Made by a program: the position numbers and the translations under genes
IMG/VR virus record: IMGVR_UViG_3300027734_000038
DNA length: 64,000 nucleotides
Strand: one strand, 5' to 3'
Origin: a virus
Part shown: in pieces, positions 20,400-29,148 of the stretch
How the letters are laid out: each line of letters starts with the position of its first letter
Numbering within the stretch: the stretch's first letter is position 1
Notes under the pieces: generated by a model
What the model was told of the DNA's origin: nothing
What the model saw: only the letters and a program-made list of their open reading frames with translations
The model's database searches: none

Positions 20400-21487
20400 T
20401 GTCGGTACAATACGGCGGAGATAAAATAACATTTGCTGATGGTTCTTCTACATCTAGTGGATATACTTTTAGAAATAGAATCATTAACGGTGCCATGGTT
20501 ATAAGCCAATATAACGGCACAAGTAGTGTATCAATAGATAACACTAAAAACCAATACTACATTGACAGATGGGCTATTCAAAACAATACTGGTTCTGCGG
20601 TGTTTTCTTATCAACAAGTTACAACTGCACCAACCGGATTTAACAATAGTTTAAAAATAACTGTTACTACTGCTGATGGTTCTTTAACTTCTACTGCTAA
20701 AGCACAAATTTATCAACCAATTGAAGGTTACAACATTGCCGATTTAGGATGGGGAACTGCCAACGCCAAATCCGTTACCTTGTCATTTTGGGTTCAATCT
20801 AGTGTAACAGGAACTTTTGGTGGTGCATTGGGCAACAATGCTAATGATAGAAGTTATCCATTTACATATACAATCTCATCAGCAAATACTTGGGAACAAA
20901 AATCAATTACCATTGCTGGTGATACAACAGGCACTTGGCTAACTACTAATGGTTTAGGCATCAATGTTGATTTTAGTTTAGGTGCTGGAACTTCTCGTAG
21001 TGGAACTGCTGGTACTTGGGGTGGTGCTTGGTACACTTCTGCTACTGGTGCAACTAATTTATTAGCTACAAACGGAGCCACATTCTACATTACTGGTATT
21101 CAGTTTGAAGTAGGAAGTTCATCAACAACTTTTGAAGCTCGTGATTACGGAAATGAATTAAGAATGTGTCAGCGGTATTATCAGTTATGTAATGGATTTC
21201 TTGGAACTCCGGGCGCTTCTACTACAATCATGTATACATCTATTCAATACCAAGTTGCAATGAGAGCAAATCCATCTTTAGGACAAACAGGAGTTATTAA
21301 TATGACTGCACCCGGTGTTGATACATGGCAACAATCTAGCACAGGTATAGCAGCTGGAGGCCAAAATACAACAGGAACATGGATTCAATTAAACAATTTT
21401 TCTGGTTTAACTCAGCATAGACCATATGTCCAGTCCGTTAATTATGCTGGCAATGGATATGTTATTACTTTATCTGCGGAGTTATGA
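20399..21487 (+). CDS. fibre tip type C (CBM-like)
   Basis: RNRIINGAM...ITGIQFEVG...CQRYY...LSAEL. Confidence 0.7.
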   Translation: MSVQYGGDKITFADGSSTSSGYTFRNRIINGAMVISQYNGTSSVSIDNTKNQYYIDRWAIQNNTGSAVFSYQQVTTAPTGFNNSLKITVTTADGSLTSTAKAQIYQPIEGYNIADLGWGTANAKSVTLSFWVQSSVTGTFGGALGNNANDRSYPFTYTISSANTWEQKSITIAGDTTGTWLTTNGLGINVDFSLGAGTSRSGTAGTWGGAWYTSATGATNLLATNGATFYITGIQFEVGSSSTTFEARDYGNELRMCQRYYQLCNGFLGTPGASTTIMYTSIQYQVAMRANPSLGQTGVINMTAPGVDTWQQSSTGIAAGGQNTTGTWIQLNNFSGLTQHRPYVQSVNYAGNGYVITLSAEL

Positions 21488-21648
21488 TGATTTATAAATT
21501 AATGAATGTAATGGGACATGAATCGGTAAGTTTATTTAAAGATACAGAATTTGTAATGAATATTCCATTTGATCCAGATAACACAGATTACCAAAAATAT
21601 CTAAAATGGGTTGCAGAAGGCAACGAACCATTACCAGCGGACGAATAA
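21484..21648 (+). CDS. type-C tip partner, 54 aa (not in ORF track)
   Basis: ...IPFDPDNTDYQKYLKWVAEGNEPLPADE*. Confidence 0.75.
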   Translation: MMIYKLMNVMGHESVSLFKDTEFVMNIPFDPDNTDYQKYLKWVAEGNEPLPADE

Positions 21649-21651
21649 TAA

Positions 21652-23151
21652 ATGCCAATCTATCAATCAGTTGTTGCGGGTTCAGGAATATCAGGTGCTA
21701 CAGGACCTAATGGTGCTACTGGCGTTACAGGACCTACAGGACCAAATGGACCAACAGGCCCAACCGGACCAGCTGGTGCTACCGGTGTAACTGGACCAAC
21801 AGGACCAGCTGGTGCTACTGGACCAAATTCAATTGCAGCTGTATCAGACCAATCAAATAGTTCTACAGGATATCTTGCATTACCGGCAGGTACATCAGGA
21901 CAAAGACCGGGTAGTTCTGCAAATGGATACACAAGATTAAACACCACCGTTGGTGCAGTAGAATCTTATTTCAATGGTAAATGGCAAGCAATTACAACTT
22001 TTGCAACGGTACCTAATGCACCAACTGCTGTATCTGCGGTTGCTGGTGATGCTCAAGCTGTAGTATCGTTTACTGCACCAGCAAATAATGGTGGATCAAC
22101 AATCACATCTTATACGGCAGTATCTTCTCCAGGTGGATTTACTGCATCAGTTTCACAATCAGGTTCAGGTAGTGTTACTGTAACAGGTTTATCAAATGGT
22201 ACTGCATACACATTTACAGTATTTGCCACAAATGCTATTGGTAGTGGTGCATCAAGTTCTGCAAGTGGTTCAGTAACACCAGTTGCACCAGTAGTTGTTT
22301 CTTCACTTATTATTGCTGGTGGAGGAGGCGGCGGAGCGTATTACCAAGCTGGTGGTGGCGGTGCTGGTGGATATATAAATTCATTTGCTTCAGAAACATC
22401 TGGTGGAAACTCAGCTACTGCGGCAAAATCAAGCGTAGCTGTTGGAACTGTTCTTACTGTAACAGTTGGCGGTGGCGGTAATGGTGGATCAGGATTAGGT
22501 TCTGTTGGTTCGCAAGGAAGTTCATCTTCTATTATTGGAACTGGAATGTCGGTGACTGCTACTGGTGGCGGATACGGTTCATCAGGCCAAAATGCAAGCC
22601 CTCCTGCTGGTGGTAATGGTGGTTCTGGTGGTGGTGGTGCTGACTATGTGCCAGGCACAGCATCTGCAGGTGGTTCTGGCATTGCTGGACAAGGATCAAA
22701 CGGGTCTGCTCCCCCTCATGCAGGTCCTTCTTATGGTTCTGGAGCTGGTGGTGGTGCAGGACAAATCGGTCAAACTGGAAGTGGTACTGTTGGCGGTGTA
22801 GGCGGTGCAGGTTTATCTTCGTCTATTACCGGAACTGCTACAACTAGAGGCGGTGGAGGTGGCGGGTCTTGTTACTCAGGTTCTGGTGGTCAAGGCGGTG
22901 CTGGTGGTTCTGGTGGTGGCGGTAACGGGTCTACTGGCGCTGGTGGCGCTGGTACGCCTAATACTGGTGGCGGTGGTGGCGGTGGTGAGCGAGGTGGGGC
23001 TGGAACAGGTGGAAATGGTGGTAAAGGAGTTGTTATTATTAGCGTGCCCACTTCGCAATATTCAGGAACATCTAGCGGAGCCTCCACAATTTCTACGGCT
23101 GGGTCAAATACTTACTTAGTATTTAATGACTCTGGAAGTTATACAGTTTAA
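21652..23151 (+). CDS. collagen + fibronectin type III + glycine-rich fibre/adhesin
   Basis: GPT triplets; PNAPT...[13 protein letters not shown]...[18 protein letters not shown] (FN3); poly-Gly loops. Confidence 0.8.
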   Translation: MPIYQSVVAGSGISGATGPNGATGVTGPTGPNGPTGPTGPAGATGVTGPTGPAGATGPNSIAAVSDQSNSSTGYLALPAGTSGQRPGSSANGYTRLNTTVGAVESYFNGKWQAITTFATVPNAPTAVSAVAGDAQAVVSFTAPANNGGSTITSYTAVSSPGGFTASVSQSGSGSVTVTGLSNGTAYTFTVFATNAIGSGASSSASGSVTPVAPVVVSSLIIAGGGGGGAYYQAGGGGAGGYINSFASETSGGNSATAAKSSVAVGTVLTVTVGGGGNGGSGLGSVGSQGSSSSIIGTGMSVTATGGGYGSSGQNASPPAGGNGGSGGGGADYVPGTASAGGSGIAGQGSNGSAPPHAGPSYGSGAGGGAGQIGQTGSGTVGGVGGAGLSSSITGTATTRGGGGGGSCYSGSGGQGGAGGSGGGGNGSTGAGGAGTPNTGGGGGGGERGGAGTGGNGGKGVVIISVPTSQYSGTSSGASTISTAGSNTYLVFNDSGSYTV

Positions 23152-23164
23152 TTAAGGAAAAAAT

Positions 23165-23563
23165 ATGGCTTATTTTGCAAAATTAAACTCTCAAAATATA
23201 GTAGAACAAGTCGTTTCTGTAGGCAATGAAATGCTTTTAGATAACGGCATCGAGTCTGAAGCTAAAGGCATAGAATTTTTACGTGCCCTATATAACGAAC
23301 CAAATGCCGTTTGGGTGCAAACATCTTATAACAGCAGAGGCGGTATGCATACTAACGGTGGTATTTCATTCAGAAAAAACTATGCGGCTATTGGTGGCCT
23401 ATACGATATAGTTCGTGACGCCTTTATTCCTAGAAAACGATATGGTTCTTGGATATTGAATGAAAATACTTGTTTATGGGAATCTCCGACACCCATGCCA
23501 AATGATGGTAAACAATATATTTGGGATGAAATAACAAAATCTTGGACAGAAATAACAGAATAA
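23165..23563 (+). CDS. partner protein of glycine-rich adhesin
   Basis: MAYFAKL...WVQTSYN...FRKNYA.IG..YD...DAFIP...W...W, a family that follows Gly-rich fibres. Confidence 0.6.
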   Translation: MAYFAKLNSQNIVEQVVSVGNEMLLDNGIESEAKGIEFLRALYNEPNAVWVQTSYNSRGGMHTNGGISFRKNYAAIGGLYDIVRDAFIPRKRYGSWILNENTCLWESPTPMPNDGKQYIWDEITKSWTEITE

Positions 23564-23579
23564 ACCAATATCCTCATCA

Positions 23580-23587
23580 CCTAAATA
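23580..23587 (+). promoter_or_regulatory. putative gp55-type late promoter (CCTAAATA)
   Basis: Variant of TATAAATA upstream of gp13; same context (ACCTAAATAC...ATATCTT) as 39621. Confidence 0.5.
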
Positions 23588-23614
23588 CAGGATATCTTTA
23601 ATGTTGAGGACAAC

Positions 23615-24388
23615 ATGGCAACAGTTACCAATCGAGACCAATTTACAGACTACTGCCTACGCAAGCTTGGCTTTCCAGTTATTGAAATTAACGTAGATCC
23701 AGACCAAGTATCCGATAGGATTGATGATGCACTTCAATATTGGACAGACTATCACTTTGATGGTCTACAGAAAACATATTACATTCACGAAATTACACAA
23801 GAAGATGTCGATAATAGATATCTTGATTTAACTGGTGTAAGAGATAATGCCAACGTTGCTACAGAAATTGTAGGTGTTACTCGTATATTTCCACTTCAAG
23901 ATTCCCAATCAAGCATCAATATGTTTGACTTGCGGTATCAACTTCGTCTAAACGAACTCTACGATTTTACATCTGCATCATACATCAACTACACCATGAC
24001 TATGCAGCATCTTCGTATGCTTGAACAGTTATTTACTGGTGAAGTTCCAATTCGTTATCAGCGTCATACACAAAAGCTCTTTGCTGATTGGGCATGGGGT
24101 GACCAAGAAGCTCCAGTTGGCCAACCAGTTATTATTGATTGTTATACTACTATTAATCCTGAAGTATACAGTCGAATGTGGGACGACCGTTGGTTGAAAC
24201 GTTATGCAACTGCTTTGATTAAACGTCAATGGGGTGAAAATCTTAAAAAGTTTGGTAACATTCAATTGCCAGGTGGTGTCGTATTGAATGGCGACAAAAT
24301 CTTTGAAGAAGCTATGAATGAAATCGATGACCTCGAAAAAGATATGGAAAACAATTACGGTGGCGTTCTTGAATTCTTTATGAACTAA
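23615..24388 (+). CDS. gp13: neck protein gp13
   Basis: YCLRKLG.PVIEINV, ALIKRQWGENL.KF...LPGGV.LNG. Confidence 0.92.
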   Translation: MATVTNRDQFTDYCLRKLGFPVIEINVDPDQVSDRIDDALQYWTDYHFDGLQKTYYIHEITQEDVDNRYLDLTGVRDNANVATEIVGVTRIFPLQDSQSSINMFDLRYQLRLNELYDFTSASYINYTMTMQHLRMLEQLFTGEVPIRYQRHTQKLFADWAWGDQEAPVGQPVIIDCYTTINPEVYSRMWDDRWLKRYATALIKRQWGENLKKFGNIQLPGGVVLNGDKIFEEAMNEIDDLEKDMENNYGGVLEFFMN

Positions 24389-24400
24389 GAAAACGGCACA

Positions 24401-25306
24401 ATGGCTACTTCTCAATACTTTAATAATTACAATTCTCGCTTTCAAGAGCAAAGGCTCGTGGAAGACCTCATCGTTGAATCCATAAAAATTATGGGATTCG
24501 ATGGAATGTATTTGCCTAATGACAATGATGCTGCTCGTGATTTATTGTTTGGTGAAGATCCAGTTAAGAAATTTCAATCGGCATTTCCTGTTGAGATGTA
24601 TCTTTCAGAAGCACTTAACTATACCGGTGAAAAAGAATTCTTTTCTAAATTTGGTCTTGAGATTAAGAACCATACTAAGGTACTTTTAACCAAGAGAACA
24701 TTTGAACAAAGAGTACCACAAAATATTTTTCAAAGACCACGAGAAGGTGATTTAATTTGGATTCCATTTTTAAATGGCACAGGTGAATTGTATGAGATTA
24801 CATTTACCGACCAAGACAAAGACTTCTATATGCTTGGTCGACCAGCACCATATTTCTATGAACTACACTTAGAGAAGTTTAAGTTCTCCAGTGAACTTAT
24901 TGCTACTGGTGTTAGAGATATTGATGATGCAGCCACACAGTCAACATACACTATTGACCTCAATCTTGGTGCCGGCACAGGTGACTACCAATACGGTGAA
25001 ATTGTATATCAATCATCTGCCAATACACAAGCCAATGCAACTGCCGTGGCCGTTGTGCAATCGTGGGTTCGTGGTGCCAATACTTCTACAGCCAACACAT
25101 TATCAATTTCTAATATTGCCGGTGAATTCATTGAAGGTGGTCCACTTAAAGTTGTTGGTGCCACAAGTAATGCACAATATAGATTATCTTCATATGACCC
25201 ATTAAGTGATAATGTAATAGATGATACTTATGATAATTATATCATTGAACAAAATGCAAATTCAATTGTCAACTTTGCTGAAACAAATCCTTTTGGTAGC
25301 ATTTAA
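24401..25306 (+). CDS. gp14: neck protein gp14 with inserted extra domain
   Basis: EQ.LVEDL..ESIKI.G, FSKFG, PREGDLI, ends FAETNPFG. Confidence 0.9.
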   Translation: MATSQYFNNYNSRFQEQRLVEDLIVESIKIMGFDGMYLPNDNDAARDLLFGEDPVKKFQSAFPVEMYLSEALNYTGEKEFFSKFGLEIKNHTKVLLTKRTFEQRVPQNIFQRPREGDLIWIPFLNGTGELYEITFTDQDKDFYMLGRPAPYFYELHLEKFKFSSELIATGVRDIDDAATQSTYTIDLNLGAGTGDYQYGEIVYQSSANTQANATAVAVVQSWVRGANTSTANTLSISNIAGEFIEGGPLKVVGATSNAQYRLSSYDPLSDNVIDDTYDNYIIEQNANSIVNFAETNPFGSI

Positions 25307-26397
25307 TGGCTAATATATTTTACAATCGTGCATTAAGAAAGTATGTGGTAGGTTTTGGTAACCTATTCAACGACATTACTTTGGTGCGATATAATCCAGA
25401 CTATTCTGAAGCACAACGTATGATTGTGCCAATTGTGTATGCACCAAAAGAAGATTATGTTACTCGTTTAGAAACTGATCCACTTTTAAATAAGAAAACA
25501 CAGATTACATTACCAAGAATGTCATTTGAATTACTTGGTTTTAATTATGATTCTAGTCGTAAACAAAATACTAATGTCAAACAGTTTGCACAGACATCTG
25601 CAGGATTAATTTCACAATACAATCCAGTACCATATAATTTTGATTTCAATCTATATCTGTATGTAAGAAACATTGAAGATGGTACACAAATTATTGAACA
25701 CATTCTTTCTTACTTTACACCAGACTATACAATGAAACTAAATATGATACCTGAAATGGGTATCGTTAAAGAAGTTCCTGTTGTATTAAATTCAACATCA
25801 CAAGATATTGATTATGAAGGTGGTTATGAAAGAGATACTCGTGTTATTATTTGGACATTAACTTTTACAGTTAAAGGCCACATCTATGGTAAGATATCTG
25901 AGGCAGGCGGACCAATTACTCATTCAATTACATCTATCTATAATAAAATTACTGAAGATGATGTAATACAATTTACAATGAATTCAAGTTCAGGTGTAGG
26001 TACCTATCAGATTGGTGAAACAGTCTATCAAGGTTACTCTGCACCTTTAGCAATTGCAACAGGTAAAGTAGTTTCATTTAATAATAATCTATTACAATTA
26101 AAAAATATTAACGGTAACTTTGTTTCTAATTTACCTATTCAGTCAACTAGTTCTAGTACCAATTATACATTTACATCATTTAATCCTGTGGCACAGAAGT
26201 TGGTTCAGATAGATACGACACCAATGCCAACTGATGCAAATGTAAATACACCATACATTGTAACTACAGAAATATCAGAAGCGCCATTTATTGAAGAAGG
26301 ATTATTGTTGCCAGAGAACTTTGCTGGTGATGCATTAGACCAAGTTGGTCGAGATGACCTACATATAGAACAAGAAAATCCAACAGATTTAGAATAA
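25306..26397 (+). CDS. gp15: tail terminator / sheath stabiliser gp15 with C-terminal extension
   Basis: FGNLFNDI, VPI.Y.PK, LPRMSFE, QIIEHIL.YFTP. Confidence 0.9.
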   Translation: MANIFYNRALRKYVVGFGNLFNDITLVRYNPDYSEAQRMIVPIVYAPKEDYVTRLETDPLLNKKTQITLPRMSFELLGFNYDSSRKQNTNVKQFAQTSAGLISQYNPVPYNFDFNLYLYVRNIEDGTQIIEHILSYFTPDYTMKLNMIPEMGIVKEVPVVLNSTSQDIDYEGGYERDTRVIIWTLTFTVKGHIYGKISEAGGPITHSITSIYNKITEDDVIQFTMNSSSGVGTYQIGETVYQGYSAPLAIATGKVVSFNNNLLQLKNINGNFVSNLPIQSTSSSTNYTFTSFNPVAQKLVQIDTTPMPTDANVNTPYIVTTEISEAPFIEEGLLLPENFAGDALDQVGRDDLHIEQENPTDLE

Positions 26398-26408
26398 AGG
26401 TAATTAAA

Positions 26409-27302
26409 ATGTCCCGCACATTACAATTCAGACGATATAATTCTGCAACCGTAGCCAATACAATAGGTGCTAACGGTGAATTAATTATCAACTCAACAAA
26501 TCAAACAATCACGGTACACGATGGTGTAACGCCTGGTGGATATGCAACATTAAATTCTGTAACAGATAATAACATCGACCAATATGCTCGAACAACTGCC
26601 AATTCAGCAACTAGTTTGGCACAATCATCATACAATTATGCTAATACAATTGGTTCAAGTTCAATTGATTCGTATGCTCGCACAACTGCCAATACAGCAA
26701 CTAATAATATTACTATTATGACTGGTGTTAATGATACTCAAAATACCAGAATTAATAGTATCGAAACAATTAACACCAACCAAAATAATAGTATTACAAT
26801 TATACAAGGTGTAGATACAACACAAAACACCAGACTTAATAGTATTGAAACAATTGATATTAATCAAAATAATAGTATTACAATTATACAAGGTGTAGAT
26901 ACAACACAAAATACTAGACTTAATAGTATTGAAACAATTAATAACAGCCAAAATACTTCTATTAATGCAGCTGCTCAAACTGTTCCACAAAATGCACAGT
27001 CAACAAATTATGTTTTACAGTTAACTGATGCTGGTAAACACATTTACTATACACAAGCATCTAATACAATACTATACATTCCTACAACATCAAATGTGGC
27101 ATTTTCAAATGGTTCAACCATTATGATTGTTTCAAGAACATCATCAAGTGCAAACATAACTGTATCGCCAAATACTGGTGTAACAATGTATTTTGCTGGT
27201 AATACAACAAGTGCTTCTAGAAATGTTACTACATATGGTATGGCTTCATTAATTCAAGTTGCATCAAACACATGGTTTATTAACGGTACTGGAGTTTCGT
27301 AA
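26409..27302 (+). CDS. fibre protein (Mtd N-terminal-like domain, coiled-coil repeats)
   Basis: LQFRR...GEL......TITVHDGVTPGG; 28-aa repeats; C-terminal YVLQLTDAGK domain. Confidence 0.7.
   Translation: MSRTLQFRRYNSATVANTIGANGELIINSTNQTITVHDGVTPGGYATLNSVTDNNIDQYARTTANSATSLAQSSYNYANTIGSSSIDSYARTTANTATNNITIMTGVNDTQNTRINSIETINTNQNNSITIIQGVDTTQNTRLNSIETIDINQNNSITIIQGVDTTQNTRLNSIETINNSQNTSINAAAQTVPQNAQSTNYVLQLTDAGKHIYYTQASNTILYIPTTSNVAFSNGSTIMIVSRTSSSANITVSPNTGVTMYFAGNTTSASRNVTTYGMASLIQVASNTWFINGTGVS
26700..26951 (+). repeat. three tandem 84-bp coding repeats (NNSITIIQGVDTTQNTRLNSIETI...)
   Basis: Units at about 26700, 26784 and 26868; the last two are near-identical. Confidence 0.85.
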
Positions 27303-28009
27303 TGAGTGGTATGATGGCTATAATGGCCAGTAATGTTCAACGACAAACTACTGTTGCAGCTGCTTCAGCAACATTGGTTTATGATTTGGATGCAGCAAAT
27401 TTTTCTGCTGTGCCAACTAGTGGTGTATCAAAAGATGCAACCGGAACTTACACCTTAACATCAAATGCTGGTACTTCTCTTACTTGGAATAGTGCCAACG
27501 GTGGAACATTTGCCAAGTCAAACTCTACAGGAACAGATTACATCTATGGCGGTCCAAGTTATGTTACTGCACAAAGTTATACTGTATTCATGGCATATAA
27601 ATTATCTGCAACATCAGCAGGTAGATTGTTAAACACTCAAAATGAAGGTGTTAAAGATTGGTTGATGGGTGCTTATAATGGTAATCCAAATACTTTTTAT
27701 CCAAACTTTTCTGTAAACTTACCATCATCTGGAGCTGATACTGTTTGGCATTTAGACTTTGCTACTTGGAATACTTCTACCAACGTTGGTAATTTATACG
27801 CATCAACAAGCACTGCACCATCAGCAGTATCATTCACAGCAACTAATGCTGGTGGCGGTGGTTTTAATCAACTAAGATTGTTTAGTCGTTCAGCTGGTAC
27901 AGAAGTTCAATCAGGAAATATAGCGTTTGTAAAAGTATATAATGGTGTATTGTCTTTGGCAGATATACAATCTTTACACGCAACATATAAGGCAAGATTT
28001 GGATATTAA
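27302..28009 (+). CDS. ConA/LamG-like lectin domain protein
   Basis: LVYDLDAAN...W...GNIAFVKVYNGVLS..DIQS...KARFG. Confidence 0.7.
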   Translation: MSGMMAIMASNVQRQTTVAAASATLVYDLDAANFSAVPTSGVSKDATGTYTLTSNAGTSLTWNSANGGTFAKSNSTGTDYIYGGPSYVTAQSYTVFMAYKLSATSAGRLLNTQNEGVKDWLMGAYNGNPNTFYPNFSVNLPSSGADTVWHLDFATWNTSTNVGNLYASTSTAPSAVSFTATNAGGGGFNQLRLFSRSAGTEVQSGNIAFVKVYNGVLSLADIQSLHATYKARFGY

Positions 28010-28012
28010 ACT

Positions 28013-28429
28013 ATGAATGATTTGAATAAAACTTTATCTGATGTTTTTGATATTGCACCAATACCAGAAGAAAAGAAAGAAAAACTTCCTACGGTGTCGG
28101 TCAAGTATAATGAGCCTGATTTAAAACAAGACCTCACAGACGCCTATCAACAATCAAAAGAAAATCTACAAGGTATTATTGACCAAGGACAAGAAGCCAT
28201 GGAAGAAATACTCAACATTGCCAAAGCAGGCCAACATCCACGAGCATTTGAAGTCTATGGTGGTCTACTAAAAAATATGGTAGATGCCAATAAAGAACTT
28301 TTATCTATTCAAAAACAAATGCGTGAGATGGATGAAGAAAAGAAAAAGAATGCTGGCACAAATATTGATAAGGCCATTTTTGTAGGTAGCACAGCAGAAC
28401 TCAATAAACTTCTCAAAGGAAAAGAATGA
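28013..28429 (+). CDS. gp16: terminase small subunit
   Basis: HPRAFEV, FVGSTAEL; position. Confidence 0.9.
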   Translation: MNDLNKTLSDVFDIAPIPEEKKEKLPTVSVKYNEPDLKQDLTDAYQQSKENLQGIIDQGQEAMEEILNIAKAGQHPRAFEVYGGLLKNMVDANKELLSIQKQMREMDEEKKKNAGTNIDKAIFVGSTAELNKLLKGKE

Positions 28430-29148
28430 AACTTTGGGTGAATGTTTGTTTTTATTATGTAGAAGAACGATTAGAGCAGTTTAGAAAAGTAATAAAAACA
28501 TTATCTGAAATACCAAACATCAAACTCATTATTAACAGTAATGTTAATTTTGATTCTACTTTGCCTATTCATGTATCAGAACTAGGCGACCCATTCTGGC
28601 ACACATGGGAACATAAGAAGTATATGCCAAAATTTTTAGAATCGGACTACACACACTTTGCATACTTGGAAGGTAATATTCAAGTTGAAAAGAAAACATT
28701 TCTTTACTGGAACCAAACTAGGAGTTTATTTTTAAAGAATAATTTAAACTTTATACCTGCCGTTCACCGTGTTCAAAGAGATACAGAAGGTCAAGTGTAT
28801 TCTTTAGATTGCACACATCTACAAAGGCATCGACCAACAATTACAGTAGAAGAACAGAAGTTTATTTCTTTATCTGAACCATATCAAGGTATGTTTATTA
28901 TGGATAAAGAATTGGTCAAAGAACATATTGAATCGGATTACTATAAGTTTGGCCAAAAAGGATCATGGGGTATTCGTGAGTCAGCCAATCTAGGCAATAT
29001 GTTTGTGAACATACCTCCAGGTTATGGACATAGATATATGTTACCACTAAATAATTTCTCCGACACATGGGTTACACATTTTGGTACTGATTACCATGGT
29101 GATAAAAATTCACCTCACGCCAAGATAAAAATTCAGGATTTGTTTTAA
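28426..29148 (+). CDS. hypothetical protein, possibly glycosyltransferase-like
   Basis: YTHFAYLEGN resembles GT-A (Y..F.Y.EDD) region; PYQGMF; inserted between gp16 and gp17. Confidence 0.35.
   Translation: MKLWVNVCFYYVEERLEQFRKVIKTLSEIPNIKLIINSNVNFDSTLPIHVSELGDPFWHTWEHKKYMPKFLESDYTHFAYLEGNIQVEKKTFLYWNQTRSLFLKNNLNFIPAVHRVQRDTEGQVYSLDCTHLQRHRPTITVEEQKFISLSEPYQGMFIMDKELVKEHIESDYYKFGQKGSWGIRESANLGNMFVNIPPGYGHRYMLPLNNFSDTWVTHFGTDYHGDKNSPHAKIKIQDLF

Noticed and set aside
2349-21830. GGTCC(A/T)AC(A/T) repeats as CRISPR or satellite DNA
   Set aside because: They are Gly-Pro-Thr collagen codons within ORFs; there is no repeat-spacer structure
2519-23119. Minus-strand and alternate-frame ORFs over collagen and Gly-rich genes (e.g. 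3574..3930, 7269..7649, 22890..23087)
   Set aside because: Shadow frames of low-complexity coding sequence; no RBS or independent signal
1-23563. Diversity-generating retroelement or shufflon explaining the many tip paralogs
   Set aside because: No reverse transcriptase or invertase in the window; repeat mismatches are synonymous rather than adenine-specific; all cassettes are co-oriented with their own starts
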